NCBI GenBank assembly: GCA_038087875.1
Contig: CM075987.1
Coordinates: 5,084,001 to 5,148,000 of the forward strand
DNA length: 64,000 bases
Direction of reading: 5' to 3'
Source: Malacoraja senta
Taxonomy: Eukaryota
The first letter of the stretch is position 1. Each line of letters starts with the position of its first letter. The translations under genes and the position numbers were made by a program. Below the pieces are notes generated by a model. It made no database searches and was not told the DNA's origin. It worked only from the letters and a program-made list of their open reading frames with translations. This document shows, piece after piece, positions 63,323-64,000 of the stretch.

Positions 63323-64000
63323 AAAATTCATCTGATTGATAATAAATGTGGTTTCTTCACACTACATATTTTTCCTTTAACAGAACAAAGTCTCCAAGTC
63401 TGATGTGAAACATTTTAAAGATTGTCAGTAGGAAATGTTTCCCCCCAACATAGATTATCTTCTATCTATGGTTGTTGAAATGAATTGCACACTTTTTAAA
63501 TCAAATTAATATTCCAATAGTTATAATTACAAATCCTATACAGCTTTCCCCAGTGATATTCCACCCTACTGTACACAACACTAATTAAAGTTAAAATCTA
63601 ACCATGTGTGTGTGGGTTCATAAATATGCAAAGCAACAAGCTCATTTTAGTTTTTTTAAAAGTCTTTAACACAAAGGATTCATTGTTCATTTTACTTAAT
63701 ATATTCACAGATGACAACTCTCAGATTATAGATCTTTGAGCAATTCTATTTGTCCATCATTCTGATGTTTACTAAAATTATTTACAGTACAGTATTTAGA
63801 CCTTAGAATAAAAGGTAAGTTAATGTGGGAAAACAATTAAGACTGCACTTAATTTAATCGGAGTCCATATCTGAAGTCTGGTACTAAGGAAAGAATGCCC
63901 CTAAGCAGGCCTGCACCATTCATATAAGAAAATCATCACACATTGCGAGTTCAGTATGGATTAAGTAATCATTAATACTGCTGAAGTAAATGGGCCTATT

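Overview
Repeat-rich vertebrate genomic DNA, almost certainly from a cartilaginous fish (probably a skate or ray), judged from abundant HE1/V-SINEs, CR1-type LINE tails and Penelope pseudo-LTRs. Two short minus-strand coding exons that the ORF track misses (34824-34879 and 27972-28031) splice in frame to AMDGVPFTVSEKFASAIET-VQPDELMGITIKSLAEIERE. This is the C-terminal UMA region of the ESCRT-I subunit MVB12B, so the window appears to lie within the last introns of MVB12B; the flanking exons were not found. In other vertebrates this gene sits in the PBX3-MVB12B-LMX1B regulatory block, and several repeat-free, homeodomain-motif-rich islands here look like conserved enhancers. The rest is a mosaic of SINEs, CR1/L2/Rex1 LINE fragments, Penelope elements, PIF/Harbinger-, hAT-, Tigger- and Helitron-like non-autonomous elements and a solo LTR. 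The standout observation is a 138-bp TSD-flanked retroelement at 41380-41517 whose 5' 54 nt fit a compact HDV-like self-cleaving ribozyme, in the sense orientation of the MVB12B pre-mRNA. The window also holds many Penelope-derived minimal hammerhead cores and fold-back insertions, a DNA element with an unusual 7-bp TSD, and a candidate 51-nt stop-containing exon. All calls were made by eye; boundaries of decayed repeats are approximate.
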